From assembly GCA_000990005.1 (NCBI GenBank), contig LBPF01000003.1, positions 71,479-135,478 of the forward strand: a DNA stretch of 64,000 nt, in the 5' to 3' direction. Of this stretch, positions 9,981 through 19,821 are shown piece by piece (position 1 is the first letter of the stretch; each line of letters opens with the position of its first letter). The notes under the pieces are model-generated. The model made no database searches. It was not told where the DNA came from and worked only from the letters and a program-made list of their open reading frames with translations. The position numbers and the translations under genes are program-made. Source of the DNA: Candidatus Woesebacteria bacterium GW2011_GWB1_33_38 (lineage in GTDB: Bacteria > Patescibacteriota > Microgenomatia > UBA8517).

Positions 9981-10010
9981 TTGACACTTTTTGGTAGGCT
10001 CGGTTATAAT
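9981..10010 (+). promoter_or_regulatory. tuf promoter TTGACA-N18-TATAAT, 7 nt from the ATG (leaderless-type)
   Basis: TTGACA 9981-9986, TATAAT 10005-10010, ATG 10018. Confidence 0.7.
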
Positions 10011-10017
10011 ACACAAT

Positions 10018-11217
10018 ATGGCAGATACAAAGGTAAAATTTGATAGAAGTAAACCACACGTAAACATTGGTACTATTGGTCACGTCGATCATGGTAAGAC
10101 AACTTTAACTGCAGCTATTACCACCGTTTTAGCAAAGAATTTTCCAGGTGGAGTAAATAAAGCTTATGCCTTTGATCAGATTGATTCAGCTCCAGAAGAG
10201 AAACAAAGAGGAGTTACAATTAATATTTCTCACGTTGAGTACGAAACAGACAAAAGACATTATGCTCACATTGATGCTCCAGGTCATGCAGACTACATTA
10301 AGAACATGATTACTGGTGCCGCACAAATGGACGGAGCAATCTTAGTTGTCTCAGCTCCAGATGGCCCAATGCCTCAAACCAGAGAACATGTAATTTTAGC
10401 AAGACAAGTTAATGTCCCTTCATTGATAGTTGCGCTTAATAAATGTGATGCAATGGATGATCCAGAACTTCTTGAGCTTGTAGAAGCAGATATTAGAGAT
10501 TTACTTAAAAAATATCAATTTCCAGGAGACACCACTCCAATTGTTAGAGTTTCAGCCCTAAAAGCTTTGGAAGGTGATGCAGAAGCAGAAAAAGGAATTT
10601 TGGAATTAATGAAACAAGCTGATGAGTTTATTCCAGATCCAGTTAGAGATACAGAGAAACCATTCTTAATGCCTGTTGAGGACGTATTCTCAATCTCAGG
10701 CCGTGGAACAGTTGTTACAGGAAGAGTTGAAAGAGGAGAAATTAAAGTTAACGAAGAAATTGAAATAGTTGGTCTTAAAGACACTATGAAATCAGTAGTA
10801 ACTGGACTTGAAATGTTCAGAAAATTACTAGATTCTGCAATGGCAGGTGATAATGTTGGAGTTTTACTTAGAGGAGTTGAAAAGACGCAGGTTGAAAGAG
10901 GACAAGTTCTTGCAAAAACTGGAACAGTTACACCTCATACTGAGTTTGAGGCAGAAGTTTATATTCTTTCTAAGGATGAAGGAGGAAGACATACCCCATT
11001 CTTTACAGGTTACAAACCACAGTTCTTTATAAGAACAGCAGACGTTACAGGAGATGTTATCTTACCTGAAGGGGTTGAAATGGTCATGCCAGGAGACTCC
11101 GCAAAAATGAAAGTAAAATTGATAGTACCTGTGGCTATGGAAGATGGTTTAAGATTTGCAATTCGTGAAGGTGGTCACACAGTAGGCGCAGGTGTGATTA
11201 CTAAGATAATAGCCTAA
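10018..11217 (+). CDS. tuf: Elongation factor Tu
   Basis: [34 protein letters not shown]. Confidence 0.99.
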   Translation: MADTKVKFDRSKPHVNIGTIGHVDHGKTTLTAAITTVLAKNFPGGVNKAYAFDQIDSAPEEKQRGVTINISHVEYETDKRHYAHIDAPGHADYIKNMITGAAQMDGAILVVSAPDGPMPQTREHVILARQVNVPSLIVALNKCDAMDDPELLELVEADIRDLLKKYQFPGDTTPIVRVSALKALEGDAEAEKGILELMKQADEFIPDPVRDTEKPFLMPVEDVFSISGRGTVVTGRVERGEIKVNEEIEIVGLKDTMKSVVTGLEMFRKLLDSAMAGDNVGVLLRGVEKTQVERGQVLAKTGTVTPHTEFEAEVYILSKDEGGRHTPFFTGYKPQFFIRTADVTGDVILPEGVEMVMPGDSAKMKVKLIVPVAMEDGLRFAIREGGHTVGAGVITKIIA

Positions 11218-11230
11218 GCACATTTTAAAT

Positions 11231-11533
11231 ATGCAAAGATTAAGAGTTAAGCTTAAAGCTTACGATCATAGAGTACTAGATGAAGCCGCCACAAAGATAA
11301 TTGACGCGGCACTTTCAACAGGCGCTAAAATCTCCGGTCCAATCCCACTTCCTACAGATAGATCTGTCATGGCTGTCAAGGAATCCCCATTTACAGATAA
11401 AGATGCACAAGAACATTACGAGGTTTTGACCCACAAAAGACTGGTAGACATTATTGACCCAACTCCAAAAACAGTTGATGCCTTGGGTAACTTAGATCTT
11501 CCCGCAGGAGTCTCAATCGAGATCAAGATGTAA
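11231..11533 (+). CDS. rpsJ: 30S ribosomal protein S10
   Basis: [34 protein letters not shown]. Confidence 0.98.
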   Translation: MQRLRVKLKAYDHRVLDEAATKIIDAALSTGAKISGPIPLPTDRSVMAVKESPFTDKDAQEHYEVLTHKRLVDIIDPTPKTVDALGNLDLPAGVSIEIKM

Positions 11534-11575
11534 GTTTCATGTATCGCTGTACTAGTACGATGATACAAATCCAAA

Positions 11576-11737
11576 TTAAGAATTGATTTTTGGCAAAATT
11601 GGTTTGGTTGGAGCTTTACTTGCTCGAGATTTTTTCTCTTTCAAATACGCTTGCATATCATTTTCTGGAACTTGAAGAACTGGTCTGTTTTTATCATCCA
11701 CTACAATATGAATTGTTTGGGGTTCTTGGTATCCCAT
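11576..11737 (-). CDS. Small orphan hypothetical protein (53 aa), antisense insert between rpsJ and rplC
   Basis: ATG at 11737 preceded by extended -10 TGtTACACT on the minus strand. Confidence 0.5.
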   Translation of the reverse strand: MGYQEPQTIHIVVDDKNRPVLQVPENDMQAYLKEKKSRASKAPTKPILPKINS

Positions 11738-11847
11738 CTTGTGCCTAGTGTAACACAAAAGCCTCGCTTGATACAAGTTACTTAGTTTGATATAATTCAC
11801 TCTTAGAATCATGAAAATGAATTCTTTGTTTTTTTTGGCTTTCAAAA

Positions 11848-12588
11848 ATGAATATATTATTTGGTACAAAAGGAGTAATGACGCAAACTTTTATAGAAGG
11901 TTTTAGGATTCCTGTTACAAAAGTTAATCTTGGTCCTTGTACAGTCATTCAAATCAAGAATCTTGGAAAAGATGGTTATTGGTCAGTCCAGTTAGGATTC
12001 GGGGAAAAAAAACTTAAAAACACCACAAAACAACTTCAAGGACACTTCAAGAAAATTAAGAATTCAAAATTAAAAGTTAATAATTATCCAAGGTATGTAA
12101 AAGAAGTACGATTGACAGAGGAACCAACTTTTAAAATAGGAGATGTTGTTAAAGCTTCAGATGTAGTTAAAGCTGGAGATGTGGTTTTTGCTACAGGAAA
12201 TACAAAAGGTAAGGGATTTGCTGGTGGTGTTAGACGTTATGGTTTCCACGGAGGCCCAAAAACTCATGGACAATCAGATCGTCACAGAGCTCCAGGTTCC
12301 ATTGGACAGACAACAACTCCAGGTAGAGTTTATAGAGGTAAGAGAATGGCAGGTAGGATGGGAAATACTCAGATAACTATTAAAAATCTTCATGTTGTAA
12401 GTGTTGATTCAGAGAAAAACGAAGTTTTAATTTCAGGTGCAATTCCAGGTAGAATTGGATCTTTCCTAACAATCAAGAAAGTTAAGTCAGGGTCTTTGAA
12501 AGATTTAGAGCATGAAGTGGTTGCTCAAGTTGTTGAAGTTGAGGCTCCAGTTAAAGAAATAAAGGAGGAAGTAAAGAATGAAAGCTAA
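11848..12588 (+). CDS. rplC: 50S ribosomal protein L3
   Basis: KDGYWSVQLG, KGKGFAG, HRAPGSIG, RMAGRMG. Confidence 0.99.
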   Translation: MNILFGTKGVMTQTFIEGFRIPVTKVNLGPCTVIQIKNLGKDGYWSVQLGFGEKKLKNTTKQLQGHFKKIKNSKLKVNNYPRYVKEVRLTEEPTFKIGDVVKASDVVKAGDVVFATGNTKGKGFAGGVRRYGFHGGPKTHGQSDRHRAPGSIGQTTTPGRVYRGKRMAGRMGNTQITIKNLHVVSVDSEKNEVLISGAIPGRIGSFLTIKKVKSGSLKDLEHEVVAQVVEVEAPVKEIKEEVKNES

Positions 12589-13105
12589 AGTTAATACATC
12601 ACTTTTAAAACAAGTAGTCAGAATATTTGAAGACAGAACCCATTTTGGGTTGAACAAAGTCCAAACTAGAGCTACTGTCAATAGAACTAAGAAAAAGTTA
12701 TACAAACAAAAAGGAACAGGTGGTGCAAGGCATGGTGCAAGGTCAGCTCCAATTTTTGTCGGTGGAGGTAAAGCTCATGGACCAAAAGGAGTAAAAAGAG
12801 AGCTTAAAATGCCTTTAAAAATGAAGAAAAAAGCACTTGATTTAGCAATTTCTTTTAAAAAGGACAAAAAAGAGTTAATTAACTTTGAAAATGTAGGAAA
12901 GATAAAAAGTACAAAAGACGCTGTCAAGAAAATTAAAGAAACAAAACTTAAGGGTAAAATTTTAATAATTTTAACTTCAAAAAATCAAAAGGCCTCAATA
13001 TTTTTTAGAAATATAGAGGGTGTTAAAGTTTTGACTATGAATAACGTTGGTGCTTACGAAATCATGAAATACAAAAACATATTATTAGAAAAAGAAACAA
13101 AATAA
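12578..13105 (+). CDS. rplD: 50S ribosomal protein L4 (short, 175 aa)
   Basis: KQKGTGGARHG...PIFVGGGKAHGP. Confidence 0.97.
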   Translation: MKAKVNTSLLKQVVRIFEDRTHFGLNKVQTRATVNRTKKKLYKQKGTGGARHGARSAPIFVGGGKAHGPKGVKRELKMPLKMKKKALDLAISFKKDKKELINFENVGKIKSTKDAVKKIKETKLKGKILIILTSKNQKASIFFRNIEGVKVLTMNNVGAYEIMKYKNILLEKETK

Positions 13106-13108
13106 AAA

Positions 13109-13387
13109 ATGAAAATTAAACCAATTTTTACAGAGAAAAGTATGAACCAAGCTAAGGGTGGTAGTTATTCATTTTGGGTTTTGCCAACTTTAACAAAAAA
13201 TCAAATAAAAGATCTGTTTGAAAAAGCCTATGATGTCAAAGTTAAATTAGTTAAAACGATTAATTATAAAAAGAGCTCGAACAAAAATGCTAGAGGTAAG
13301 GTTGTTACAAAAAAGGCCATGAAGAAAGCAATAATTTCACTTAAATCAGGTAAAATAGAAATTTTTGAGGAACCAAAGAAAAAATGA
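13109..13387 (+). CDS. rplW: 50S ribosomal protein L23
   Basis: PIFTEKS, KKAIISL; operon position. Confidence 0.95.
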   Translation: MKIKPIFTEKSMNQAKGGSYSFWVLPTLTKNQIKDLFEKAYDVKVKLVKTINYKKSSNKNARGKVVTKKAMKKAIISLKSGKIEIFEEPKKK

Positions 13388-14127
13388 AACTTAGAATATT
13401 ACTTAAAAAACATGCAGGACGAAGTGGGGGTACGATTACCTCTAGACACGATGGTGGAAGAAGTAAAAGATTTTTAAGACTAATTGATTTTAAGAGAAAT
13501 TTAAAGGATGTTTGGGCAAAAGTTGAAGCTATTGAATATGATCCAAATAGAAATGCAAGAATTGCAAGATTGCTTTATGAAAATGGAGTCAGGTCATATA
13601 TAATAGCCCCAGATAAGCTTTCGGAGGGGATGAAAGTGATTTCATCTAGTGATGCGCCTCTTGAAGTTGGTAACTTTTTGCCACTAGCTAAAATTCCAGT
13701 AGGTTTTGAAGTAAGTAATATTGAAATTAAACCTGGGTTTGGTGGACAAATAGCAAGAGGGGCAGGAATTGTTGCTTTTGTTTTTGGTAAAGGTGAGACA
13801 CATGTTTTAGTTAAGATGCCATCAGGTGAGGTACGAAAATTTGATCCAAACGCCTGGGCTATGATTGGTCAGATTGGTAATGTTGAAGATAAAAACAAAA
13901 GAAGAACAAAAGCTGGTGCATCACGATGGAGAGGTATAAGGCCTCACGTTAGAGGTGTTGCAATGCATCCTGATGCTCATCCACATGGAGGTGGAGAAGG
14001 TAGAAGCAGAGTTGGGCTTAAGTATCCAAAGACACCGTGGGGTAAAAAAGCTGTTGGAAAGACCAGATTTAAGAGGAAATATTCAAACAATATGATAGTT
14101 GAAGGAAGACAAAGAGGTAAAAAATGA
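13384..14127 (+). CDS. rplB: 50S ribosomal protein L2
   Basis: [31 protein letters not shown]. Confidence 0.99.
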   Translation: MKLRILLKKHAGRSGGTITSRHDGGRSKRFLRLIDFKRNLKDVWAKVEAIEYDPNRNARIARLLYENGVRSYIIAPDKLSEGMKVISSSDAPLEVGNFLPLAKIPVGFEVSNIEIKPGFGGQIARGAGIVAFVFGKGETHVLVKMPSGEVRKFDPNAWAMIGQIGNVEDKNKRRTKAGASRWRGIRPHVRGVAMHPDAHPHGGGEGRSRVGLKYPKTPWGKKAVGKTRFKRKYSNNMIVEGRQRGKK

Positions 14128-14405
14128 GCAGAAGCAGTAAAAAGGGACCATTTGTAGATGAAAGGCTTGTTAAAAAGCTAGAGTCTGGTATGGGTTTGAA
14201 AGAAAAACCAATCAAAACATGGTCTAGGGGCTGTCAAATTTCACCAGATTTTGTGAATAAATATTTTCAAGTTCATAACGGAAGAGTATTTATCGATGTT
14301 TTTATAACCGAAGACATGATTGGTCATACTTTGGGTGAATTTTCACCGACCAGAACATTTAAAGGACATGGAGAAATAGTAAAACGTACAATGGATAAGA
14401 CCTAA
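14124..14405 (+). CDS. rpsS: 30S ribosomal protein S19
   Basis: [25 protein letters not shown]. Confidence 0.99.
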   Translation: MSRSSKKGPFVDERLVKKLESGMGLKEKPIKTWSRGCQISPDFVNKYFQVHNGRVFIDVFITEDMIGHTLGEFSPTRTFKGHGEIVKRTMDKT

Positions 14406-14437
14406 CGGTCTTGGCCAATATGAATTGGTAAAACATA

Positions 14438-14785
14438 ATGGAAATTAAATCAGAACAAAAACATTTAATAATTAGTCCCAGGAAACTAAGGCCAATTGTT
14501 GATGTTATTAAAAAACTAAGTGTTCAAAAAGCAATTGACTCCTTACCATTTATTAAAAAAAGAGGGTCTGATTTACTATTAAAAGTTATTAAATCAGCTG
14601 TTGCCAATGCTTTACAAAAGGGAGTAAGTATAACTGAGCTTAAGTTTAAAGAGATACAAATTGGAGAGGGTCCAAGGTTAAAACGAGGTCAACCAGTATC
14701 TCGTGGTAGATGGCATCCAATTAAAAAAAGAATGAGCCATATTAAAATTATATTAGAAAGTAAAAAAAATGGGACAAAAAGTTAA
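14438..14785 (+). CDS. rplV: 50S ribosomal protein L22
   Basis: ISPRKLR, KSAVANA, GPRLKR. Confidence 0.98.
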   Translation: MEIKSEQKHLIISPRKLRPIVDVIKKLSVQKAIDSLPFIKKRGSDLLLKVIKSAVANALQKGVSITELKFKEIQIGEGPRLKRGQPVSRGRWHPIKKRMSHIKIILESKKNGTKS

Positions 14786-15419
14786 CCCAATAGGGTTTAG
14801 AACAGGAAGAACGATTGGCTGGAAATCCAGATGGTTTTCTGATTCTGCAAGTTACAAAGATTTCTTAATTGAAGACATTAAAATTAGAGAAACCCTATTT
14901 AAGAAGTTGGCACTTGCCGGAATTAATAATATTGAAATAGAAAGATTACCAAAATCAATTGTCATAATTGTTTCAGTCTCAAGACCAGGAGTTGTTATAG
15001 GTAGAGGTGGATCAGGTATTGAGGACTTGAAAAAAGAAATTGTTAAAATTATTAAACTTAACAAAAATTCATTGGTTGCCAGTTTAAAGATTGATTTGAA
15101 AGTTAATGAGATCAAAAGTCCAGAACTTTCAGCCTATCTTGTTGCTGGTAGAATTGCTTCTGATTTGGAAAGAAGGATTCCACATAGACGTTCAATAACT
15201 AAAGCTATGGATAGAGTAATGATGGCGGGTGCGGGTGGTATAAAAGTTGTTTTGGGTGGACGTATTAATGGTGCTGAAATCTCAAGGGTAGAAAAGTTTC
15301 ACTTAGGATCAGTGCCAACACAGACTTTAAGAGAAGATATTGATTATGGGGAAATCCCCGCCTTAACCAGAAGAGGTTATGTTGGTGTTAAAGTTTGGAT
15401 ACATAGAAAGGAAAGTTAA
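14769..15419 (+). CDS. rpsC: 30S ribosomal protein S3
   Basis: MGQKVNPIGFR, RPGVVIGRGG, GVKVWI. Confidence 0.99.
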   Translation: MGQKVNPIGFRTGRTIGWKSRWFSDSASYKDFLIEDIKIRETLFKKLALAGINNIEIERLPKSIVIIVSVSRPGVVIGRGGSGIEDLKKEIVKIIKLNKNSLVASLKIDLKVNEIKSPELSAYLVAGRIASDLERRIPHRRSITKAMDRVMMAGAGGIKVVLGGRINGAEISRVEKFHLGSVPTQTLREDIDYGEIPALTRRGYVGVKVWIHRKES

Positions 15420-15421
15420 GG

Positions 15422-15826
15422 ATGTTGCAACCAAAAAAAGAAAAATTTATTAAAAACTTTAGGGGTAGAAGAAGAGGAACAGCGCTTCGAGGAAGTGATA
15501 TCTCATTTGGAGATTTTGGATTAAAAGCGATGGAAGTAGCTTGGATTAGTGCACAACAGATTGAGGCTTGTAGAAAAGCAATTTCTCATCATCTTAAACG
15601 AGGTGGAAAAATGTGGATTAGAATTTTTCCAGATAAGCCAATTAGTGGACGTGCGGCTGGTAAAAGAATGGGTGGGGGAAAGGGTGAAGTAGTTAAACAT
15701 GTGGCGGTAGTTAAACCCGGTAGAATAATGTTTGAGGTCGCAGGTGCGCCAAAGGAAATTGTAAAGGAAGCTTTTATTAGAGCCTCAGCAAAATTACCGA
15801 TTGCTGTTAGAATGGTGGAAAAATAA
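15422..15826 (+). CDS. rplP: 50S ribosomal protein L16
   Basis: MLQPK, WIRIFPDKP, RMGGGKG, AKLP. Confidence 0.99.
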   Translation: MLQPKKEKFIKNFRGRRRGTALRGSDISFGDFGLKAMEVAWISAQQIEACRKAISHHLKRGGKMWIRIFPDKPISGRAAGKRMGGGKGEVVKHVAVVKPGRIMFEVAGAPKEIVKEAFIRASAKLPIAVRMVEK

Positions 15827-15827
15827 T

Positions 15828-16025
15828 ATGAAAATTAAAGATCTAAAAGAGTTAAGAAACAAAGATATAAAAAATCTTTTATCTCTAGTGGCTCAAAAAA
15901 AGATTGAAGTTATTAAAAATGCAGTTAAAACTGCGGGGACTAAGGAAAAAAATGTTAAACTAGGCAAAATCTTAAAGAAAGAAATTGCCCAAGTTTTAAC
16001 ATTAGTTAGGGAGGTTAAAAAATGA
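15828..16025 (+). CDS. rpmC: 50S ribosomal protein L29
   Basis: ELR...KKEIAQVLT; position between rplP and rpsQ. Confidence 0.88.
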   Translation: MKIKDLKELRNKDIKNLLSLVAQKKIEVIKNAVKTAGTKEKNVKLGKILKKEIAQVLTLVREVKK

Positions 16026-16246
16026 AGATATTCCAAGGAAAAATAATATCTAACAAAAATAAAAAGACATTAGTTATAGAAGTTGAAAGACTTCTTGCTC
16101 ATCCTGTTTATAAAAAGAGATTTACCAGAAGTAAAAAATATCAGGTACATTCTGAAAGCGAACATAAAGTCGGTGAGACTGTTAAATTTGTTGAGACAAG
16201 ACCAATAAGTAAAATGAAGAGGTGGAAAGTGTTAGAAGGTAAATAA
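16022..16246 (+). CDS. rpsQ: 30S ribosomal protein S17
   Basis: [17 protein letters not shown]. Confidence 0.98.
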   Translation: MKIFQGKIISNKNKKTLVIEVERLLAHPVYKKRFTRSKKYQVHSESEHKVGETVKFVETRPISKMKRWKVLEGK

Positions 16247-16247
16247 T

Positions 16248-16613
16248 ATGGTACAACTAAGGTCATTTCTAAATCCAGCTGATAATTCAGGCGCAAAACG
16301 CTTAATGATTATTGGTGTCCCCGGTAGAATCGGGAAAATTGCAACCTTAGGAGATGTGGTGTTGTGTGTTGTTAAGGGATCTGACCCAAGTGGTACAGTC
16401 AAAGATCATGAAAAAGTAAAAGTTTTAATAGTTAGAACCAAAAAAGAAGTTCGAAGGTTTGATGGAACATATATCAGATTCGATGATAATGCCGGAGTTG
16501 TTATTGACAAACAAGGTATGCCGTTGGGTACTAGAGTATTGGGCCCAATTGCAAGAGAAGTAAAAGAGGTGGGATTTAATAAAATAGCATCATTAGCAAG
16601 GGAGGTTGTATGA
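16248..16613 (+). CDS. rplN: 50S ribosomal protein L14
   Basis: ADNSGAK, IRFDDNA, GTRVLGPIARE. Confidence 0.99.
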   Translation: MVQLRSFLNPADNSGAKRLMIIGVPGRIGKIATLGDVVLCVVKGSDPSGTVKDHEKVKVLIVRTKKEVRRFDGTYIRFDDNAGVVIDKQGMPLGTRVLGPIAREVKEVGFNKIASLAREVV

Positions 16614-16915
16614 AGTTACGAGTCGGAGATAATATAAAAGTAGTTTTAGGTAAAGACAAAGGTAGGGAAGGCAAAGTTGAAAAACTTTACCCTAAGGAAA
16701 GTTCTGTTCTTGTATCAGGAGTTAATCTTTATAAAAAACACGTCAAAGGCAATCAGGGTGGAGTAAAAGCTGGAATATATGATATACCACGAGCCTTAAA
16801 TGTTGCAAAAGTAGCTTTAATTTGCCCAAGTTGTAAAAAGATTACTAGGATAAAAATTAAAAAAGAAAAGAATGAAATAAACAGATTTTGTAAAAAATGT
16901 AACAAAAAAATATGA
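16610..16915 (+). CDS. rplX: 50S ribosomal protein L24
   Basis: GDNIKVVLGKDKGREG KOW motif. Confidence 0.97.
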   Translation: MKLRVGDNIKVVLGKDKGREGKVEKLYPKESSVLVSGVNLYKKHVKGNQGGVKAGIYDIPRALNVAKVALICPSCKKITRIKIKKEKNEINRFCKKCNKKI

Positions 16916-17463
16916 ATCGTTTAATAGAAAAATATCAAAAAGAGATAGCCAAAGAATTAGCTAAAGAATTTGGAATTAAAAATTCCATGGCCATCCCTAG
17001 ACTGACTAAAATTAGTATGAATGTCGGTATTGGTGATTTAGTTAAAAACAAAGAGGCAAAAGAACAATTAATTAAGGATATTGCCCTGATTGCAGGTCAG
17101 AAGCCTTCGGAAAGAAAATCTAAGATCTCGGTTGCTACTTTTGCAATTAGAGAAGGAATGGTTGTGGGACTTGGACTTACCTTAAGGGGAATTAGAATGT
17201 ATGATTTTTTTGATAAATTTGTTAACATAGTTCTTCCTCGGTTTCGTGATTTTAGAGGAGTGAAAAGAACAAGTTTTGATAAAGGTGGGAGTTATACAAT
17301 TGGACTTGTGGATCACACAGTATTTCCTGAAATTGATATAACAAAGGCAACACCTGCTCATGGAATGGAAATTACATTTACAACTAATGCAGGAAATAGG
17401 GAAAAGGGAGAAAAATTACTTGAATTATTAGGAATGCCGTTTGTAAAAGAAGTTAAAAATTAA
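16912..17463 (+). CDS. rplE: 50S ribosomal protein L5
   Basis: IAGQKP, LPRFRDFRG, LLGMPF. Confidence 0.99.
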   Translation: MNRLIEKYQKEIAKELAKEFGIKNSMAIPRLTKISMNVGIGDLVKNKEAKEQLIKDIALIAGQKPSERKSKISVATFAIREGMVVGLGLTLRGIRMYDFFDKFVNIVLPRFRDFRGVKRTSFDKGGSYTIGLVDHTVFPEIDITKATPAHGMEITFTTNAGNREKGEKLLELLGMPFVKEVKN

Positions 17464-17466
17464 TAT

Positions 17467-17652
17467 ATGGCAAAAAAATCAAAAGAAGTTAGAGAAACAA
17501 AAAAATTAAAATATAAAAACAGATATAGAAACAGATGTAAGCTTTGTGGAAGACCAAGAGGATATATGAGAAAATATGGTCTTTGTAGACTTTGTTTTAG
17601 GGAGTATGCATTAAAAGGTGAACTTCCAGGTGTAAGAAAGGCTAGCTGGTAA
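17467..17652 (+). CDS. rpsN: 30S ribosomal protein S14, Zn-binding type Z
   Basis: [10 protein letters not shown]...LCRLCFRE...LPGVRKASW. Confidence 0.98.
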   Translation: MAKKSKEVRETKKLKYKNRYRNRCKLCGRPRGYMRKYGLCRLCFREYALKGELPGVRKASW

Positions 17653-18029
17653 TGACAAACTATCAAATTGGAGATTTTTTAATACGACTTAAAAATGCCG
17701 GCATGGCAGGAATTAAAGAAATACCCTTCTTTAATTCTAATATGGTTCTAGGAGTTGCTAAGACATTAAAATCTGAAGGTTTTATTGAATCAATAGAAGA
17801 AGGTAAGAAAACTATTACAGTTAAGCTTTCTATTTTTAACAAAAAACCAGTATTATCTAATGTCAGAATAGTCTCCCGACCAGGACTCAGGATTTACATG
17901 AGTGTTGATGAAATAGAAAGTTATAATAAGCCTGATGTTTTAATTTTAACTACACCTAAAGGAATAATGTCAGGATCTATGGCTAAAAAAGAAAGAGTCG
18001 GCGGAGAATTAATAGCTAAAGTAATTTAA
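17652..18029 (+). CDS. rpsH: 30S ribosomal protein S8
   Basis: IGDFLIRLKNA, SRPGLRIY, TPKGIM, GGELI. Confidence 0.98.
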   Translation: MTNYQIGDFLIRLKNAGMAGIKEIPFFNSNMVLGVAKTLKSEGFIESIEEGKKTITVKLSIFNKKPVLSNVRIVSRPGLRIYMSVDEIESYNKPDVLILTTPKGIMSGSMAKKERVGGELIAKVI

Positions 18030-18044
18030 TAATAGAATAAAACA

Positions 18045-18611
18045 ATGAGCAAAATCGGACAACTACCAATACAAATATTAGACGGAGTAACAGTAGACAT
18101 TAATAACCTGCCTGCCGGCAAGGCAGGTAAATTAATATCTATCAATGGTCCCAAAGGTAAATTAGCAATTATTGTTGATGAATTGGTAACAGTAAAACAA
18201 GAAGAGACAAATTTATTGGTATCTGTGTCTAAAACCACTAAATTTGCAAAATCAATTTGGGGAACAACTAGAAAACTTATAGACAATATGGTTAAAGGTG
18301 TCAGCACTGGTTGGTCAAAAAAACTAGAATTAGTAGGAACTGGATACCGTGCCGAAGTACAAGGTAACACTTTAGTTTTAACGGTTGGATATTCTCATCC
18401 TATTAAAATTGAGGCCCCAGAGGGGATTAATTTTAAGGTTGAAAAAGGTATTATAACAGTTGATGGGGTGGATAGAGCAGTTGTAGGTCAGATATCAGCA
18501 AACATTAGAGGCTCAAGACCACCTGAACCATATAAAGGTAAGGGCGTGAAGTATATAGATGAAGTGATTAGGAGAAAAGCAGGAAAAGCAGCTAAAGCTG
18601 CAACTGCGTAA
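18045..18611 (+). CDS. rplF: 50S ribosomal protein L6 (with 7-aa palindrome-derived insert)
   Basis: MSKIG, GPKG, GTGYRA, RPPEPYKGKG. Confidence 0.99.
   Translation: MSKIGQLPIQILDGVTVDINNLPAGKAGKLISINGPKGKLAIIVDELVTVKQEETNLLVSVSKTTKFAKSIWGTTRKLIDNMVKGVSTGWSKKLELVGTGYRAEVQGNTLVLTVGYSHPIKIEAPEGINFKVEKGIITVDGVDRAVVGQISANIRGSRPPEPYKGKGVKYIDEVIRRKAGKAAKAATA
18106..18128. repeat. Palindromic element ACCTGCCTGCCGGCAAGGCAGGT inside rplF
   Basis: Matches the miaA copy at 38012-38031 with one extra A. Confidence 0.85.
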
Positions 18612-18617
18612 CGTATT

Positions 18618-18917
18618 ATGAAAACTAAATTTAAGAAAAGACAATTAAGAACAAGGTCAAAACTTTTAAAGTTAAGACCTAGATTAACTGTATATAAATC
18701 GAATAAAGCAATTTATGTGCAAATTATAGATGATAAAAAAGGATGCACATTAGCATCGGAGAGAGGTAAAGATGCTAAAGAAGTTGGAATTAAAATAGCT
18801 GAAAAAGCTAAATTAAAGAAAATAAAGTTAGTTGTGTTTGACAAGGGTGGTTATCAGTATCATGGAAAAATTAAAGCTGTTGCCGAAGGTGCCAGAGAAG
18901 GGGGATTAGAATTTTGA
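18618..18917 (+). CDS. rplR: 50S ribosomal protein L18
   Basis: [29 protein letters not shown]. Confidence 0.98.
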   Translation: MKTKFKKRQLRTRSKLLKLRPRLTVYKSNKAIYVQIIDDKKGCTLASERGKDAKEVGIKIAEKAKLKKIKLVVFDKGGYQYHGKIKAVAEGAREGGLEF

Positions 18918-18936
18918 CGACGAAGTCGTGAAGCAT

Positions 18937-19452
18937 ATGAATTATTACCAACAACCAGAAAGAGAATTTAACGAGACAGTAGTTCAAATTAACAGGATTT
19001 CTAAAAAGACCAAAGGTGGAAATCAGATTAGATTTGGAGCGGTAATTGTCTTGGGAGATAAAAAAGGTAAAGTTGGCATGGGAATTTCAAAAGCCACAGA
19101 CGTCCGAAATGCTATTCGAAAAGCAATTGAAGATGCAAAGAAAAACATGATTACTATTACAATGAAAGGAACAACAATTCCCTATTCAGTGATATCGAAA
19201 ATGGGAGCTTCAAAGGTATTACTTAAACCAGCACCCCCAGGCTCAGGTATTATTGCAGGAGGACCTATGAGAGTAGTTCTTGAATCATCTGGTCTTCGAG
19301 ATGTTGTAGGTAAGACATTAGGTGGAAGCAGTAAAATTGGAAGTGTTAGAGCAACTATTCAAGCTTTACAAATGACATCGAAGTTAAAGGACAAAAAGGA
19401 TTACCAAAGAGATCAAAAGAGTAATAAAAAGGAGGAAAAAAAGAATGTCTAA
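18937..19452 (+). CDS. rpsE: 30S ribosomal protein S5
   Basis: INRISKKTKGG, KPAPPGSGIIAGG. Confidence 0.98.
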   Translation: MNYYQQPEREFNETVVQINRISKKTKGGNQIRFGAVIVLGDKKGKVGMGISKATDVRNAIRKAIEDAKKNMITITMKGTTIPYSVISKMGASKVLLKPAPPGSGIIAGGPMRVVLESSGLRDVVGKTLGGSSKIGSVRATIQALQMTSKLKDKKDYQRDQKSNKKEEKKNV

Positions 19453-19810
19453 GAGATTGGGACGTGGATATGGTAGTGGAAAAGGGGGACACACAAGTGG
19501 TCGAGGTCAAAAGGGTCAAAAATCAAGAACCGATATACATATTCTTTTTCAAGGCTTGAAGGTTAAAAAGTCAACCTTAAAAAGATTACCTCTTCTTCGG
19601 GGTAGGGGTAAATTTTCAGCAAAATCTAAACCTGTTGAAATAGACATTCATAAGTTAAAAGATTTAAAAAAAGGAGAAAAAGTAAATGTCGAACTTTTAA
19701 TCAAAAAAAGTCTCGTAACCAAGAAAGATGCTATTTCCTACGGAGTTAAGATCTTAGGTACAAGTGATTTCAAGAAAGATCTTGTTTTTGAAGTACCTGT
19801 GTCAAAATAA
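19445..19810 (+). CDS. rplO: 50S ribosomal protein L15 (short)
   Basis: KRLGRGYGSGKGGHTSGRGQKGQKSR, VKILG. Confidence 0.97.
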   Translation: MSKRLGRGYGSGKGGHTSGRGQKGQKSRTDIHILFQGLKVKKSTLKRLPLLRGRGKFSAKSKPVEIDIHKLKDLKKGEKVNVELLIKKSLVTKKDAISYGVKILGTSDFKKDLVFEVPVSK

Positions 19811-19821
19811 TATAATATTTA

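Noticed and set aside
14397-14430. Small hairpins after rpsS (AAGACC-TAAC-GGTCTT) and at 18918-18930
   Set aside because: Short, single-copy and without U-tracts; cannot be separated from ordinary intercistronic structure
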